Shown piece by piece: positions 26,601-34,633 of a stretch of 64,000 bases of DNA. Location: contig JAGMAD010000003.1 of NCBI GenBank assembly GCA_023130975.1, positions 65,109-129,108 on the forward strand, in the 5' to 3' direction. This DNA is from Candidatus Parcubacteria bacterium. GTDB lineage: Bacteria; Patescibacteriota; Minisyncoccia; Minisyncoccales; JAGMDC01. Position 1 is the stretch's first letter; every line of letters begins with the position of its first letter. Below the pieces are notes generated by a model. It was not told the DNA's origin. It searched no databases and was given only the letters and a program-made list of their open reading frames with translations. The translations under genes were made by a program, and so were the position numbers.

Positions 26601-28389
26601 TAATTACAATAATTTGGACGCCAGCGATGTCTCAATAACTAATACTGATGATGACGAACCAGCGCCTTCTGGCGGTGGAGGCGGAATGCCGGCAGAATGG
26701 CATAATCCTCCTGCGCCGCCATCTCAAGGATTTAGTATTTTAATCAATGATGATGCTCAATTTACTAATATCCTAACTGTGACTCTTAATTTAAGAGGCG
26801 GTTCAGACGCTAAAAGAATGGCAATCTCTAATTTTTCTGATTTTAGAGATATTGGACAAGAATTATATAATACAACAAAAGAATGGAATTTGTGCAAGGG
26901 CAAAAAAGTTTGTGAAGAAAGAGAATATATTGTTTATGCTAAATTTTATACCCAATACGGCCAGCCCTCGCCAGTAGTTTTTGATAGTATTATCTACCAA
27001 AAGGAAAAAGTAGAGGAAGAAAAACCAATTATTATTAAGGTGCCAGAGGAAATCAAGAAAATTTCTGAGGAAGCCAAAAAGATTTCAGAAAAGGCAAAAG
27101 AGATTGTAAAAAAGATTGCTGAAGTTTTTAAACCCAAACCAATAGAAATTACCCAGCCAGAAATTCCCATTGAAGAATTAGTGCCAGAACAAACGCCTTT
27201 AGTATTCCAAAGTAAATATAATCTTTTAACTTATACTTTAGAAAATAAACCTTTTACAAAATTTACTTTAGCGCCTTTACCCAGGGAAATCAGGGTTTTG
27301 GCTCAAAAATTTCCAGAATTTGGAGAAACTTTGAAAAAAGTCGGCATTACTAAAATCACTGACATTGAGAAATTAAGAACTGTTAAATTAACTTTGCCAG
27401 GGTTGACTGAAAGAATGGGTTTGCCAACAACAAAAGTTGAACCGGGTAAATTGGCTTTACCTATTGGTGTTCCAATTGCTAATTTATCGCCGCAAATAAA
27501 AAAACAAATTCCTTCAGAAATCGTCTTTGCCAAAGGTGGCGGCGAATTGATTGATTTTAATATTACTTTAACTGTCAGTGAAAAAGGCGAACCAGAGCAA
27601 AAAATCACCACTATTTCAGGCAAGCCATTGCAATTAGTGGTTAAGCCGGAAAAGCCGGTAAAAAGCGTAAAAGGTTATCTTGTTTTCAAATCAAAAAAAC
27701 CTAGACCAAGTTCTTTCCAATTTCCATTGAATCGTTTAGCCGCTTCTTTAATATTCGCTAGCCCAGTTTTTGCTTATCCGCAAGAAAAGCCGGTCAGAAT
27801 TAAGGAAAGATTAGTGATGCTGGAATTTGAATATACTGATCCTGACAACGACGGGATTTACACTGCTGAAATCCAAGCGCCATTAGTTGAAGGCGAATAT
27901 GAAATTATTACAGTAATGGATTTTGAGGACCCGAGATTGGGCACGAAAGAAATTCGGCTGATTACTGTAGTTGACCCAGAAGGGTATGTTTTTGAAAAAT
28001 ACGGCGACAAAGAAACCCGCATTCCCGGAGCCATTGTTTCTATTTATTGGTTAAATCTTGAAACCAAACAATACGAATTATGGCCAGCCACAGAATATCA
28101 ACAGGAAAATCCCCAGATTACTAATGCTACTGGCAAGTACTCTTTTTTGGTGCCCGAAGGTTCTTATTGTCTCAAAGTTGAAGCACCAGGTTATCTTATT
28201 TATAATGGCAAGCCGTTTCAGGTTAAAGAAGGCAGCGGCGTTCATATTAACATTGAACTAAAAACCAAATATTGGTGGCTGAAAATTGTTGATTGGAAAA
28301 CTATACTTTTGATTTTGGTTATAATTTTATTGTTTTATAATTTTTATCGTGATAGAATACGTGAGAGAATCATGAAAAAAGAATCATAA
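23605..28389 (+). CDS. Giant surface protein (~1594 aa) with, in order, an N-terminal TM helix, DUF2341, a beta-propeller-like region, Calx-beta repeats, a CarboxypepD_reg-like domain and a C-terminal TM helix
   Basis: WSYRRAITINN...IYMYYGK is DUF2341-like. Two clear Calx-beta units (DYT..NGT.T...G.T...V.I.I..D...E.NET). C-terminal NATGKYSFLVPEGSYCLKVEAPGY followed by a hydrophobic tail. The ORF also opens at TTG 23587. Confidence 0.85.
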   Translation: MLIYDIIPPSKIIQRNSRRKKIRVLNILKPTLSLWLIVLLILQIAAGVLFLPPIEEAQADGENWLTGWSYRRAITINNTGTAISEDFQVIIDDFDTATLVTASKMRSDGYDIRFTRSNGSTVMPYWVESGMNTSTTDIWVKITADSGVRIPNGDSTIYMYYGKSDETTEASNGSTTFEFFDDFEGAGETTAFYPTGWTKSGSNPLKDFGTSQAWFGACYNDYDSKFYLYLQTDSLPNSTIECWSFTKANAEIPANWVNEGTIYTLSEAWEGSWIEPHSVIFETQAMADSRRDIEDPGGAPHSGSTRKWRLYYCADSAGYETGFLLASETDMTSWTAYSGNPVYVENTYGYPDCKAVVYNDEVWMVIGEYTKGAGCLDAYFTHSSNGINNWTDESSIGCEWLLGQPITVGNGMVTFKHENSDTELHEGYTEDGESISLYSSNPIMTGSGAGAYDQRIEWLAVAHTKDYTSKIDGYYYLWYIGLGADSSHHQMCLAKTQTVTQETIKNLDTNKWTKKANADVTISNGIATLKSSDASSSGIYTKVYSHSADGVIIEYQGKRGTSASGTRFVGSMSDVNAMHKGAGGLGYYALNQGVKCWNYAGTSNYPTGTIDNIFYDMTTYLKPTEIVITGAGLTATIANTLASYPIGVGIPDQVGWYMKNFRVRKYASPEPSASVGNETALPTIHFTSASSSGAESVTPAQLELSLSGASGQDVTVDYSATGGTASGSGTDYTLANGTATITAGNTTTTVNITIVNDSLDETNETIEVTVSNPSNATLGANTVHTYTIEDDDDAPSVSFTNTPYNHAETGSQTISATISSVSGKEVSVNYASSDSTATAGSDYTATNGTLTWSISETGEKTFNVVILEDDIDEDNETVNLTLSSPSNCTISGVNPVSLNITDNDTAGITVNPTSGLTTTEAGGAAGFTIVLDTQPTADVSIGLSSSDTSEGTVLPASLTFTSGNWSVEQNVTVTGVDDSVDDADIGYTIVTAAASSTDPNYNNLDASDVSITNTDDDEPAPSGGGGGMPAEWHNPPAPPSQGFSILINDDAQFTNILTVTLNLRGGSDAKRMAISNFSDFRDIGQELYNTTKEWNLCKGKKVCEEREYIVYAKFYTQYGQPSPVVFDSIIYQKEKVEEEKPIIIKVPEEIKKISEEAKKISEKAKEIVKKIAEVFKPKPIEITQPEIPIEELVPEQTPLVFQSKYNLLTYTLENKPFTKFTLAPLPREIRVLAQKFPEFGETLKKVGITKITDIEKLRTVKLTLPGLTERMGLPTTKVEPGKLALPIGVPIANLSPQIKKQIPSEIVFAKGGGELIDFNITLTVSEKGEPEQKITTISGKPLQLVVKPEKPVKSVKGYLVFKSKKPRPSSFQFPLNRLAASLIFASPVFAYPQEKPVRIKERLVMLEFEYTDPDNDGIYTAEIQAPLVEGEYEIITVMDFEDPRLGTKEIRLITVVDPEGYVFEKYGDKETRIPGAIVSIYWLNLETKQYELWPATEYQQENPQITNATGKYSFLVPEGSYCLKVEAPGYLIYNGKPFQVKEGSGVHINIELKTKYWWLKIVDWKTILLILVIILLFYNFYRDRIRERIMKKES

Positions 28390-28391
28390 AT

Positions 28392-28760
28392 ATGAATAAA
28401 TTAAAGACTATTTTCACAATCATTATTCTTGTTTTGTTAGTAGGCAATATATTTTTTGGTGTTAAATATTTTGCCGTTCAAAAAGAACTTCAGCAAACTC
28501 AAATCGCCTTGGAAACTCAAAAAACTAATGAAAAAGTTTTGGACTTTACAAAACTGTTTATTGAGAAAGTCCTAAAAGCAAAAACAGAAGTTGATTTTGA
28601 GACACGGCTGAAATTAGAAAATGCTGTAAGGAATTTAGACGATGAAGAAATTTTGGCTCAATGGCAAAAATTTACTGAAAGTGAAACTGAAAATGAAGCC
28701 CAAGAGGAAGTTAAAAATTTGTTAGAGATGTTAGTAAATAAAATTCACCCTGTTAAATAA
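28392..28760 (+). CDS. Membrane-anchored coiled-coil protein (122 aa)
   Basis: N-terminal TM helix then a charged helical region. Lies 2 nt after the upstream stop. Confidence 0.65.
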   Translation: MNKLKTIFTIIILVLLVGNIFFGVKYFAVQKELQQTQIALETQKTNEKVLDFTKLFIEKVLKAKTEVDFETRLKLENAVRNLDDEEILAQWQKFTESETENEAQEEVKNLLEMLVNKIHPVK

Positions 28761-28838
28761 AAAAACACAGGTCTGACCTGTGTAATATTTTTACTTACAA
28801 AAATTTAAAGGGTTATTTAGCCCTTTTTTATTTTTTTA
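28760..28838 (+). repeat. Right copy of the ~79-nt direct repeat
   Basis: See the left copy. This copy starts at the stop codon of the 28392..28760 gene and ends just before the glyQS -10 box. Confidence 0.9.
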
Positions 28839-28846
28839 TTAAAGTA

Positions 28847-28852
28847 TATAAT
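28847..28852 (+). promoter_or_regulatory. -10 box TATAAT upstream of glyQS
   Basis: The TATAAT ends 6 nt before ATG 28859. That implies either a leaderless transcript or use of ATG 28871 with GGAG. Confidence 0.45.
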
Positions 28853-28858
28853 AAAATA

Positions 28859-30253
28859 ATGGAGAATTTAATGGAAAAGATAGTGAGTCTTTGCAAAAGG
28901 CGGGGCTTTATTTTCCCTAGTTCTGAAATCTATGGCGGTTTTTCAAGTTGTTATGATTTCGGACCATTAGGGGTTGAGATGAAGAGAAACATTAAAAGGA
29001 TTTGGTGGGACGAAATGACAAAACTTCATGATAATATTACGGGATTAGACGCTGGTGTTTTAATGTCGTCAAAAGTTTGGCAAGCATCTGGCCATTTAGC
29101 TGCTGGGTTTGCTGATGAATTAGTTGAATGTAAGGAATGCCATAAGCGGTTTAAATTAGACGAAATCCGCCAGCCGGCGGAAAAATGTCCAGAGTGTGAT
29201 GGTGTATTAACCAAGCCAAGAAAATTTAATCTAATGATGAAAACATTTGTGGGGCCGGTTGAAAATGAAAGTTCTCTGACTTATTTAAGGCCGGAAACTT
29301 GCCAGGGGATTTATGTTAATTTTCTTAATGCAGCCAATTCTATGCGGATGAAAATTCCTTTTGGCATTGCCCAGATTGGTAAGGCATTTAGAAACGAAAT
29401 TACGCCTGGCAATTATATTTTTCGGATTCGGGAGTTTGAACAAATGGAAATGCAGTTTTTTGTTAATTCTTTAATTAACAAAAAACCGCGAAAGAAACGC
29501 GAAACTAAACGCGAAAGAAACGCGAAAAATTGGACTCCAGATGATTGGTTTGATTATTGGAAAGAAGAACGCTTGAAATGGTATTTGGACTTAGGGATAG
29601 AAAAAGACAATTTGAGAGCCGTAGAGATTCCTGAGAAAGAAAGGGCTCATTATGCTAAGAGACAAATAGATCTTGAATATCATTTTCCATTCGGATGGAA
29701 AGAAATTGAAGGAGTTCACAATCGAGGCGATTTTGATTTATCTAATCATTCAAAACATAGTGGTCAAGATTTATTATATTTTGACGAAGAGTCAAACAAA
29801 AAATACATTCCTCATATTATTGAAACATCGGTAGGGGTAGAGCGTATTTTATTAGCTTTTCTTTGTGAGTCATATACTGAAATAAAAGGAGGGAGGACAA
29901 AGACGACAAAGGCAGTAAAAGAAGTTGAATCAGTTTTGAAATTAGATAAAAGATTGACTCCAGTTAAAGTAGCAGTTTTGCCATTGGTTCGCAATAAGCC
30001 AAGGATAGTTAAAAAGGCAAAAGAAGTTTATCAATTATTAAAACCTCATTTTACTTGCCAATACGATGAACTTGGGTCAATTGGCCGCCGCTATCGCCGT
30101 CAGGACGAGACAGGGACATTTCTATGTTTAACCATAGATTTTGAAAGTTTAGAAAATGATGATTTAACTATCCGCAACCGCGACACTATGAAGCAAGAAA
30201 GAGTAAAAATAGAGGAACTTGTTGAAATAATAAAAAAGAAAATAAATGTATAA
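28859..30253 (+). CDS. glyQS: Glycine--tRNA ligase (alpha2 class II type)
   Basis: RRGFIFPSSEIYGG, LRPETCQG, FRNEITP and IETSVGVERI blocks. ATG 28871 (preceded by GGAG) is an alternative start. Confidence 0.93.
   Translation: MENLMEKIVSLCKRRGFIFPSSEIYGGFSSCYDFGPLGVEMKRNIKRIWWDEMTKLHDNITGLDAGVLMSSKVWQASGHLAAGFADELVECKECHKRFKLDEIRQPAEKCPECDGVLTKPRKFNLMMKTFVGPVENESSLTYLRPETCQGIYVNFLNAANSMRMKIPFGIAQIGKAFRNEITPGNYIFRIREFEQMEMQFFVNSLINKKPRKKRETKRERNAKNWTPDDWFDYWKEERLKWYLDLGIEKDNLRAVEIPEKERAHYAKRQIDLEYHFPFGWKEIEGVHNRGDFDLSNHSKHSGQDLLYFDEESNKKYIPHIIETSVGVERILLAFLCESYTEIKGGRTKTTKAVKEVESVLKLDKRLTPVKVAVLPLVRNKPRIVKKAKEVYQLLKPHFTCQYDELGSIGRRYRRQDETGTFLCLTIDFESLENDDLTIRNRDTMKQERVKIEELVEIIKKKINV
29166..29181. 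repeat. TCCGCCAGCYGGCGGA palindrome, copy in glyQS
   Basis: AAATCCGCCAGCCGGCGGAAAAA, read as I R Q P A E K. Confidence 0.75.
29487..29530 (+). repeat. In-frame (ACGCGAAA-like)x4 repeat in glyQS
   Basis: CGCGAAAGAAACGCGAAACTAAACGCGAAAGAAACGCGAAAAAT, encoding RKKRETKRERNAKN. Resembles the intergenic GCGAAAA repeats at 57529-57549. Confidence 0.8.
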
Positions 30254-31511
30254 AAAAACCACTCTCAAAAATGGATTACGGATTATTACTGTTCCAATGA
30301 AAAATACTCGGACAGTAACTGTTTTGGTTTTGGTCGGCGCTGGTTCAAAATATGAGACCAAAAATATCAATGGTATTTCTCATTTTCTGGAGCATATGTT
30401 TTTTAAGGGAACCGAAAAAAGGCCTAATAAATTAACAATTGCTGAAACCTTAGATAGAGTAGGAGGAATATATAACGCTTTTACTGGAAGAGAATATACT
30501 GGATATTTTGCTAAAGTCGATCTTAAACATTTTGAGTTAGCCATGGATTGGGTTTCAGATATATTTTTAAATTCAAAAATTGAAGAACAAGAAATAGACA
30601 AAGAAAGAGGAGTAATACTTGAAGAAATAAATATGTATTTAGATACCCCAATGCTTTATATTGAAGATCTTTGGGAAAAATTGCTTTATGGAAACCAGCC
30701 CGCAGGATGGCTCAATATCGGTAGAAAAAAAATTGTAAAAAAATTGAAAAGAGAGCAATTTTTAGATTATCTAAAATCTCATTATACCGCAAAAAACACG
30801 ATTGTCTGTTTAGCTGGGAATATAAATGCAAGAACAATAAAGGGAAAAATTCAAGATTATTTTAAAAACATAAGAACTGTCTCACCGAAACCGAAATTAA
30901 AAGTAGTTGAAAAACAAACTAAACCGCAATCTTTAGTTCATTTTAAGAAAACCGACCAAACTCATCTTGTTTTAGGAGCAAGAGGGTATAGCTTGCTTCA
31001 TCCAAAAAAATATGCTCAAGCGATATTAGCCACAATTTTGGGTGGCAATATGAGTTCTCGATTATTTATGTCTGTAAGAGAAGAAAAAGGGTTGGCTTAT
31101 TATATAAGAACCTCTTCCGAAAATTATACCGACACTGGATATTTGGCTACTTCTGCTGGAATTCGCAATAAAAAGGTAGAAGAGGCAATAACTCTGATTT
31201 TAAAAGAATATAAGGCAATGAAAAATAAAAAAATAAACAAAGCAGAACTCCAAAAGGCAAAAGATTATTTGAAAGGAACTTTAACTTTGTCTTTAGAATC
31301 TTCTGATGCTCAGGCTTCTTTTTATACTGGTCAAGAATTATTAACTGGGAAAATTTTAACTCCAGAGCAAGAATTTAAGAAAATTGACGAAATCACTGAA
31401 AATGATATTCTAAAAGTAGCAAAAGATATTTTTCAGCCAGAGAAACTAAATTTGGCTCTTATTGGGCCATTTAAAGAAAAGACAAAATTTGAGAAAATCC
31501 TTAAAATTTAA
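30246..31511 (+). CDS. M16 family zinc peptidase (pitrilysin-like)
   Basis: Inverted zinc motif HFLEHMFFKGT and two-lobed M16 length. Confidence 0.88.
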   Translation: MYKKTTLKNGLRIITVPMKNTRTVTVLVLVGAGSKYETKNINGISHFLEHMFFKGTEKRPNKLTIAETLDRVGGIYNAFTGREYTGYFAKVDLKHFELAMDWVSDIFLNSKIEEQEIDKERGVILEEINMYLDTPMLYIEDLWEKLLYGNQPAGWLNIGRKKIVKKLKREQFLDYLKSHYTAKNTIVCLAGNINARTIKGKIQDYFKNIRTVSPKPKLKVVEKQTKPQSLVHFKKTDQTHLVLGARGYSLLHPKKYAQAILATILGGNMSSRLFMSVREEKGLAYYIRTSSENYTDTGYLATSAGIRNKKVEEAITLILKEYKAMKNKKINKAELQKAKDYLKGTLTLSLESSDAQASFYTGQELLTGKILTPEQEFKKIDEITENDILKVAKDIFQPEKLNLALIGPFKEKTKFEKILKI

Positions 31512-31574
31512 CTATAAGAACCTTGATTCCTTCGGAAAAAAGAACCTTGTAATTTTTCACCAAAGTTCAAAATT

Positions 31575-32624
31575 ATGGACAATGAAAAAACATTAGATAT
31601 TAGCTGGGCCACAATTTTAAAAATTGCTGTAGCTGGTGTGGTTCTTTATTTCTTGTATTCAATCAGCGAATTTTTGGTCTGGTTTGCTTTTGCTTTTGTT
31701 ATTGCTATTCTTTTTGAGCCGGCAATTGGATGGTTAGGAAGAAGAAGAATCCCTCGTGTTTTAGCCGTGGTTTTTATCTATCTTTCAATCTTCGCCATTT
31801 TGAGTTTTTCTATTTATCTTTCCCTTCCTTATTTTATTTCCGAAGTCCAGTATTTTTCTGAGTATTTTCCTCAGATTTTTCCAGAGTACTTTGGAAAAAT
31901 TTCTCCTTTTTTTGAAAAAGTAGGTTTTGAATCATTCAAAAATCTGGAAACCTTTTTAACGACAATTCAGGGCAGTTTAGAAAAAATGGGGGGTAATATT
32001 TTTAGTGCTATTTTTGTTTTCTTTGGAGGAATTTTTAGCACTGTTTTTATTATTACCATTGCCATCTTTCTCTCTTTGGAAAGAAAAAACGTAGAAAAGG
32101 GCTTAACTCTTTTCTTTCCCAAAAAATATGAAGGATATCTCTTAAATGCCTGGATAAAATCACAGAAAAAAATTACTGGTTGGTTTTTCATGCGTATTAT
32201 TGGAGTTGCCTTTGTTGGGGTGAGTTCTTATATTGCTTTCTATCTTCTCAATGTAGAATATCCAATTTCTTTGGCTTTAATTGCCGGTATCTTTGACTTT
32301 GTTCCCATAATTGGACCATTTTTCGCTGCCATCATTGCCTTTTTTATAATTTCTATGGACAATTTATTAAAAGCAGTTTTTGTTTTAATAGCTTTTGGTC
32401 TTATTCAGCTTATTGAAAACACTATTCTTTTGCCGGTTCTTTCCAGAAAAGTTATAAAAGTTTCTCCGATTTTAGTTTTAGCTGCCCTTTTTATCGGCGG
32501 AAAATTCTGGGGACCATTGGGTGCCATTTTGGCTGTGCCATTAGCCGCAATCTTAATGGATTTTTTTAAGGACTTTTTAGAAAAACGAAAAGAGGAAGAG
32601 GAAGTAATATCACAAAATGAGTAA
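31575..32624 (+). CDS. AI-2E family transporter (UPF0118/PerM-like)
   Basis: About eight TM helices. The C-terminal block GPLGAILAVPLAAIL is typical of the family. Confidence 0.8.
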   Translation: MDNEKTLDISWATILKIAVAGVVLYFLYSISEFLVWFAFAFVIAILFEPAIGWLGRRRIPRVLAVVFIYLSIFAILSFSIYLSLPYFISEVQYFSEYFPQIFPEYFGKISPFFEKVGFESFKNLETFLTTIQGSLEKMGGNIFSAIFVFFGGIFSTVFIITIAIFLSLERKNVEKGLTLFFPKKYEGYLLNAWIKSQKKITGWFFMRIIGVAFVGVSSYIAFYLLNVEYPISLALIAGIFDFVPIIGPFFAAIIAFFIISMDNLLKAVFVLIAFGLIQLIENTILLPVLSRKVIKVSPILVLAALFIGGKFWGPLGAILAVPLAAILMDFFKDFLEKRKEEEEVISQNE

Positions 32625-32711
32625 ATTTAATTTGTTTTATTTGACTTTACATTTGGAAAAGATGTAGCAAGGCAACTCTTGATATATTACAACTCGTGTA
32701 TTATAATAAAA

Positions 32712-32924
32712 ATGATGACTACAACAATAATAAAAGAAAAAAGCACAATAAAAATTGGCAAAGAGCCAATGGTAATTTTGCCTTTGAAAAAGTGGGAGGA
32801 GATAGAAGAAATGCTTGAGGATTTTGAGGACATGATCAGGTTTAATAAGGCCTTTAAAGAAAGTCATGGAGAAAAAATGATTAGCTTAAAAGAATTGAAA
32901 AGAAAATATAGCTTAAAATCATAA
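32712..32924 (+). CDS. Type II antitoxin (Phd/YefM-like)
   Basis: Small acidic protein (..PMVILPLKKWEEIEEMLEDFED..). Its stop overlaps the toxin ATG (TAATG). The ORF also opens at 32679. Confidence 0.7.
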   Translation: MMTTTIIKEKSTIKIGKEPMVILPLKKWEEIEEMLEDFEDMIRFNKAFKESHGEKMISLKELKRKYSLKS

Positions 32925-33205
32925 TGTTTGAAGTTCAATTAACAAAACGGGCAGAAAGAGAGTTTGCCGAATTAGCAGATAATTTGAAACAGAAATTTTA
33001 TAAAGAATTTAAACGACTTTCAATAGACCCCTTTGGGCATCCACAGGTTAAAAAAGTTCAAGACACTGAATTTGGTTATCGCCTCCGCATTGGCCGGTGG
33101 CGTATTTTGTTTGCTCTTTTCTCGAAAGAGAAACGAATAGAAATTGTAGATATTTTTATAGAAAAAGGAAAAGACGACTATCGCAAAAGAAGAAAATTAT
33201 TATAA
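32924..33205 (+). CDS. Type II toxin, RelE/ParE superfamily
   Basis: ..GYRLRIGRWRILFALFSKEKRIEIVDI..R..DDY is a RelE/StbE-like core. 93 aa. Confidence 0.8.
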   Translation: MFEVQLTKRAEREFAELADNLKQKFYKEFKRLSIDPFGHPQVKKVQDTEFGYRLRIGRWRILFALFSKEKRIEIVDIFIEKGKDDYRKRRKLL

Positions 33206-33265
33206 TAAAAAAAAGGAGACAAAATTGCCTCCAAAAGATTTTTTAGGTATGACTTGTTCTTAGAT

Positions 33266-33457
33266 TTAGTTTACTACTTCCCAAAAATTTAAGATTGTAC
33301 TATTGCCTATCGGTACCGGCAGAGGTCCTTTTATTCTGCAATTTTGGCAATAACCCATTTTTATTCCTGCCAGAGATACAGATATTTCCATTTTACACCC
33401 ACAACTTGGGCAAATATTAGATGCAGTAGGTGTGATTTTACTTTTCTCTTTTTCCAT
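33266..33457 (-). CDS. Small zinc-ribbon protein
   Basis: CPSCGC...CQNC four-Cys ribbon. ATG 33457 lies ~10 nt after AGGGGG. The ORF also opens at GTG 33472. Confidence 0.55.
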   Translation of the reverse strand: MEKEKSKITPTASNICPSCGCKMEISVSLAGIKMGYCQNCRIKGPLPVPIGNSTILNFWEVVN

Positions 33458-33588
33458 TTTTTTCTTTTTCACCCCCTATGAAATTTTTTGAATACTAAAA
33501 TAAAATTAGCATATCCAAAAATTTATGTCAAATTTTTATAGAAAATGTAAATCATAGATTAACATCAAAGCAAAATTATGTTAAAATT

Positions 33589-33611
33589 AAAAGGAGGTGA
33601 AACCTCCTTTT
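33589..33611 (+). promoter_or_regulatory. Perfect 10-bp hairpin occluding the GGAGG upstream of the LAGLIDADG ORF
   Basis: AAAAGGAGGT-GAA-ACCTCCTTTT ends 6 nt before ATG 33618. Confidence 0.6.
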
Positions 33612-33617
33612 AAAATT

Positions 33618-34622
33618 ATGTCTTGTGTTCCAGTTTCTATTTCAAAAAATGAATTAAAGGATTTATATGAAAAGAAAAAATTAACTACATATGAAATAGC
33701 TGATATTTATTATTGCTGTCAGGGAACTATCTGGAAAAGACTAGAACAATATGGAATTAAACGTCTTCCTAATGGCAGAAGATCCTTTGTTATTTCTAAA
33801 TCTAAACTGAAAAACCTCTATATCAAACAACGACTTTCTAGTAGGAAGATAGCAAAAATATATGGATGTGCTTATTCGACTATAGATTACAAAATAAGAG
33901 AGTATGGGTTTCCAGTAAAAACTCTTGCAGTAGCACATATTACTACACTGCGCAAAAATTTCGATGAAAATAAAACAAATAAAGCTTATCTGATTGGTTT
34001 TGCAATGGGGGATTTGAGAGTAAGGAAGAAATATCCAAATAGTGAAACCATAAACGTTGATTGTGCATCTACTAAAGAAGAACAAATTAATCTTATTTCA
34101 GGATTATTTAAACCCTATGGGAGAGTTTGGGTTAGTAAACCAAATAAGAAAGGAGCCACTCAAATCGAATGTTCTTTAAATGATTCCTTCAATTTTTTAT
34201 TAAAAAAGCGAATTTTAATTGACCTTTGGATTATAAAAAATAAAAAATATTTTTCGGCATTTCTTGCAGGATTTACTGATGCTGAAGGATGTATTTCTAT
34301 TACTAATAAAGAGTTAGCTTTTTATTCTTTGGGGAATTACAATAGTCAGCTTTTATCACAGATTCGAAACCAACTTCTAGAAATTGGGATAGAAAGTCCC
34401 AAACTAACTGAGGGAAAAACCAAAGGATATGTTGGAAGGGAAGGATATGCGAACAATCAAAACTATTGGTCGCTGCGTCTTAACAGAAAAATTCATTTAT
34501 TAAAACTTTTTGATTTAATTGATCCTTATTTAAAACATCCTACAAGAATTAAGGGTATTAAAAGAGCAAAGCAAAATATTAAATTGCGAAATATAAAATT
34601 TGGTAATCTTAAAATGAATTAA
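33618..34622 (+). mobile_element. Free-standing LAGLIDADG homing endonuclease with two N-terminal HTH modules
   Basis: Two LAGLIDADG-type motifs (LIGFAMGDLRV, FLAGFTDAEGCISI). Duplicated N-terminal module L(K)xLYxKxxL(S/T)xxxIAxIY.C...TI...(L/I).(Q/E)YG. No intein junction residues. The ORF also opens at GTG 33597. Confidence 0.8.
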
Positions 34623-34633
34623 TTTTGATTATT

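Noticed and set aside
24440-27623. Several 60-106-aa minus-strand ORFs inside the 1600-aa gene (for example 26130..26447 and 27303..27623), and similar ones inside the 1808-aa gene
   Set aside because: These are shadow ORFs in locally GC-richer, repeat-rich coding sequence. The sense frame is continuous for 4.8 kb with clear domain content.
33741-34085. 114-aa minus-strand ORF inside the LAGLIDADG gene
   Set aside because: It is antisense to an ORF with clear LAGLIDADG motifs and has no motif or start context of its own.
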